From NCBI GenBank assembly GCA_043228905.1, contig JBHGNT010000449.1, positions 1 to 24,835 on the forward strand: a stretch of DNA of 24,835 bases, read 5' to 3'. The notes beneath the pieces were generated by a model, which was given only the letters and a program-made list of their open reading frames with translations, was not told the origin of the DNA and ran no database searches. Each line of letters starts with the position of its first letter. The first letter of the stretch is position 1. Of the stretch, positions 21,152 to 24,835 are shown in pieces. A program made the position numbers and the translations under genes. Source of the stretch: Azolla caroliniana (lineage: Eukaryota; Plantae; Polypodiophyta).

Positions 21152-22274
21152 TGCTTGTGTTCGGAACTACCCCGGTTCTCTCTCCGCCTATTTGAGTGTG
21201 TCATGGTTGATCCACCCTTATATACACAAGGCCATGCATGTCTAGTACATGCATGTCCCTTCCCACGTCCATTCCTATAGACGTTAATGGCATGATCCAT
21301 ACTTGGGCCACGGAAGAGACCATTCACTTTTATCCACCCCCCTTTACGTGTCCAGGATCCTCCTGCTTCGACCTACCATATCACTAGCCCTATACTCACC
21401 TCCATCACACCAGGAGTGGGATTATGCACTTGGGCATTTCAAATCTACTAACCTATGGACGCTTCGTCCATATTGCAACGTAGACAGTATGTAACCTCAT
21501 GATAGCCACCTACACATGTGATGCCATTGAGGTTGTAGAGTGCGTATGGGCCTCGTAAAACGAGGATAAGGTGGTGAGAAAAGGTTTTTAGGGTGTTGGT
21601 TCTCTCCACGAAAACGTTATCGGTGGTTGTGGCCACGAGGGGGTTTAGAATCCATTGCGACCAACATACGGACGACGACACGCGTTTTCATTGTGATTAC
21701 AAGATCCGTCGTCGTTGTGGACGCTGCAACCACCGGAGGAATATGAAGGTGGCACCATTCAAGGACAACATTTCTAGGTGAAACATGCGTGGGTTGGTTG
21801 GTTCACACGATGATGAAAATGGTAGATAGACATGGGAATTTCATGTGGAATCATGTTTGTAGTAGGAGTTACGATCAGCCACTACTATTGCGCACATCAT
21901 GGTACGGCGAGACACGGCATTGTATGAGGGTGGCTTCAATACAACATTGTGATGGCATCGACGTTTGACGAGTTTCGCGTTGCTCGTGAGAGAGATAGCG
22001 ATAGATGGATAGAGATAGATATAGGTAGGGTGGGAGTGGGTAGTGTGCGTGTGGGCACGTTACCTAATCATGTGTGCGTGGAGTTTCATTTTGCTTGTGC
22101 AATGAGCGAGCGAGGGCACGCGACCTGATCGTGCGTGCGTGCGTGCGTGTTGTGCGCGAGCGTGGGAGAAATATGATTGAGAGGGTTATGAGAACGTCAA
22201 GACACCACACAGAGCACACCATTTACATTTACGATGTTCAGAAAGTGTATAGTTGAAAAAGTTATGTACGTTCT

Positions 22275-23312
22275 TTAAAAGTGGCGAATACAAGCGCGTG
22301 GGCGAAGATCACATTGTTGGAGAAGGCGAGAGGTTGCCACGCTTAGAAGTTGTTCCTCCTCACCGGCCTTGAAACGACGACGTTGTTCCTCATCTTGTCG
22401 TCCGGTCATGCGATAACGGCGCTCGTCCTCCTCGCGCTCGCTACTGTCTCTCTCTCGCTCGGCATCCTCTTCCCATTGACGACGTTCCCTTGACACTTGG
22501 CTATGGCGGTGACCATCATTGCGTGCCTCTTCTCCGCTAATGTATAAGGCCTCGCGGAGGCGGTTGCAACGCTCTTCTACGGGGATTTGTTCCACGTTCC
22601 TGCAGCATCTTTCGGAGGGCCTTGCATATCGGCTGATTTCATCCCAAGAGGTGCGACGGCTTCGTCCACGTTCTTCCTTCTCATTACGTTCTTGTAGGTG
22701 GCGGACCTGCCTATCGACGAAGTTTTGGCACTCTTGCCTCAACTCTCGGTCTCGTGGCTCATCGCGATCGCGGCCGCGACGATCCCGTTCCTCTTCGGAC
22801 TCTCTCTTGTTGTCTCTGCGACGTCCTTCATCGAGGGATCCTTCACGACGTCGGTCGCGCCTCTCCTGCTCGACATCCTCCTCCCTGCGTCGATCGCGCC
22901 TCTCGTCACGTGACTCATCACGATCGCGACCGCGACGATCCCGTTCCTCTTCGGACTCTCTCTTGTTGTCTCCGTAGCGCCCCTCCTCGATGGACCCCTC
23001 GCGACGTCCCCCGCGCCTCTCCTCATCGAAATCCTCCTCCCTGCGTCGATCGCGCCTCTCCTCACGTGGCTCATCGCGATCGTGACTGCGACGATCCCGG
23101 TCCTCATCCGACTCTCTCTTGTTGTCTCTGTAGCGCCTCTCATCGATGGATCCCTCACGACGTCCGCTGCGCCTCTCCTCGTCGACATCCTCCTCCCTAC
23201 GTCGATCGCGCCTCTCCTCTTCGCGATCCCGTCCTACAGATCTAGCATTGGCCGCGCCGCAGGCGGCTAGCATGATAACCGCCATGAGGAATATGATAGT
23301 GAGCTTCGCCAT
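22275..23312 (-). CDS. 2S-albumin-like Arg-rich storage protein precursor, copy 11 (N271S)
   Basis: 345 aa; T>C at 22501. Confidence 0.85.
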   Translation of the reverse strand: MAKLTIIFLMAVIMLAACGAANARSVGRDREEERRDRRREEDVDEERRSGRREGSIDERRYRDNKRESDEDRDRRSHDRDEPREERRDRRREEDFDEERRGGRREGSIEEGRYGDNKRESEEERDRRGRDRDESRDERRDRRREEDVEQERRDRRREGSLDEGRRRDNKRESEEERDRRGRDRDEPRDRELRQECQNFVDRQVRHLQERNEKEERGRSRRTSWDEISRYARPSERCCRNVEQIPVEERCNRLREALYISGEEARNDGHRHSQVSRERRQWEEDAERERDSSEREEDERRYRMTGRQDEEQRRRFKAGEEEQLLSVATSRLLQQCDLRPRACIRHF

Positions 23313-24435
23313 TGCTTGTGTTCGGAACTACCCCGGTTCTCTCTCCGCCTATTTGAGTGTGTCATGGTTGATCCACCCTTATATACACAAGGCCATGCAT
23401 GTCTAGTACATGCATGTCCCTTCCCACGTCCATTCCTATAGACGTTAATGGCATGATCCATACTTGGGCCACGGAAGAGACCATTCACTTTTATCCACCC
23501 CCCTTTACGTGTCCAGGATCCTCCTGCTTCGACCTACCATATCACTAGCCCTATACTCACCTCCATCACACCAGGAGTGGGATTATGCACTTGGGCATTT
23601 CAAATCTACTAACCTATGGACGCTTCGTCCATATTGCAACGTAGACAGTATGTAACCTCATGATAGCCACCTACACATGTGATGCCATTGAGGTTGTAGA
23701 GTGCGTATGGGCCTCGTAAAACGAGGATAAGGTGGTGAGAAAAGGTTTTTAGGGTGTTGGTTCTCTCCACGAAAACGTTATCGGTGGTTGTGGCCACGAG
23801 GGGGTTTAGAATCCATTGCGACCAACATACGGACGACGACACGCGTTTTCATTGTGATTACAAGATCCGTCGTCGTTGTGGACGCTGCAACCACCGGAGG
23901 AATATGAAGGTGGCACCATTCAAGGACAACATTTCTAGGTGAAACATGCGTGGGTTGGTTGGTTCACACGATGATGAAAATGGTAGATAGACATGGGAAT
24001 TTCATGTGGAATCATGTTTGTAGTAGGAGTTACGATCAGCCACTACTATTGCGCACATCATGGTACGGCGAGACACGGCATTGTATGAGGGTGGCTTCAA
24101 TACAACATTGTGATGGCATCGACGTTTGACGAGTTTCGCGTTGCTCGTGAGAGAGATAGCGATAGATGGATAGAGATAGATATAGGTAGGGTGGGAGTGG
24201 GTAGTGTGCGTGTGGGCACGTTACCTAATCATGTGTGCGTGGAGTTTCATTTTGCTTGTGCAATGAGCGAGCGAGGGCACGCGACCTGATCGTGCGTGCG
24301 TGCGTGCGTGTTGTGCGCGAGCGTGGGAGAAATATGATTGAGAGGGTTATGAGAACGTCAAGACACCACACAGAGCACACCATTTACATTTACGATGTTC
24401 AGAAAGTGTATAGTTGAAAAAGTTATGTACGTTCT

Positions 24436-24835
24436 TTAAAAGTGGCGAATACAAGCGCGTGGGCGAAGATCACATTGTTGGAGAAGGCGAGAGGTTGCCA
24501 CGCTTAGAAGTTGTTCCTCCTCACCGGCCTTGAAACGACGACGTTGTTCCTCATCTTGTCGTCCGGTCATGCGATAACGGCGCTCGTCCTCCTCGCGCTC
24601 GCTACTGTCTCTCTCTCGCTCGGCATCCTCTTCCCATTGACGACGTTCCCTTGACACTTGGCTATGGCGGTGACCATCATTGCGTGCCTCTTCTCCGCTA
24701 ATGTATAAGGCCTCGCGGAGGCGGTTGCAACGCTCTTCTACGGGGATTTGTTCCACGTTCCTGCAGCATCTTTCGGAGGGCCTTGCATATCGGCTGATTT
24801 CATCCCAAGAGGTGCGACGGCTTCGTCCACGTTCT
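24436..24835 (-). CDS. Copy 12, 5'-partial (cut by window edge; about aa 214-345 visible, N271S)
   Basis: Same sequence as the 3' part of the other copies; T>C at 24662. The track's 106-aa start is an internal GTG (Val240), not the true start. Confidence 0.82.
   Translation of the reverse strand, partial: ERGRSRRTSWDEISRYARPSERCCRNVEQIPVEERCNRLREALYISGEEARNDGHRHSQVSRERRQWEEDAERERDSSEREEDERRYRMTGRQDEEQRRRFKAGEEEQLLSVATSRLLQQCDLRPRACIRHF

Larger units (their letters stand above)
1..24835. repeat. Tandem gene array: 2,161-bp unit, about 11.5 head-to-tail copies, continuing beyond both window ends
   Basis: The ORF set recurs at a 2,161-bp period (CDS ends at 691, 2852, 5013; then 9309, 11470, 13631, 15792, 17953, 20114, 22275, 24436). 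Unit 4 is 2,135 bp because of a 26-bp deletion. Unit = 1,038-bp CDS plus 1,123-bp spacer. Confidence 0.99.

Overview
The whole window is a head-to-tail tandem array of a 2,161-bp unit, about 11.5 copies, open at both window edges. The copies are almost identical. Each unit is a compact, apparently intronless eukaryotic (land-plant-type) transcription unit on the minus strand. It encodes a 345-aa secreted protein with a 23-aa signal peptide, three 52-aa Arg/Glu/Asp mixed-charge repeats (each apparently 4 x 13 aa), and a C-terminal domain with a 2S-albumin/prolamin-superfamily cysteine skeleton (C...CC...xxC...C...C). That skeleton has only 6 of the usual 8 Cys, and the two missing ones (C1, C5) are normally disulfide partners. 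Each gene has a TATA box, two RY (CATGCATG) elements, ABRE-type ACGT boxes and a CE3-like element, the typical seed/spore maturation (ABI3/FUS3/LEC2 plus bZIP) promoter set. Best interpretation: a highly amplified array of an unusual arginine-rich seed or spore storage-protein gene. Differences I found between copies: a 26-bp frameshifting deletion in copy 4, N271S in copies 7, 8, 10, 11 and 12, R181H in copy 7, and one promoter SNP in copy 1. The organism cannot be determined from the window. All other ORFs in the track look like shadow or chance ORFs.
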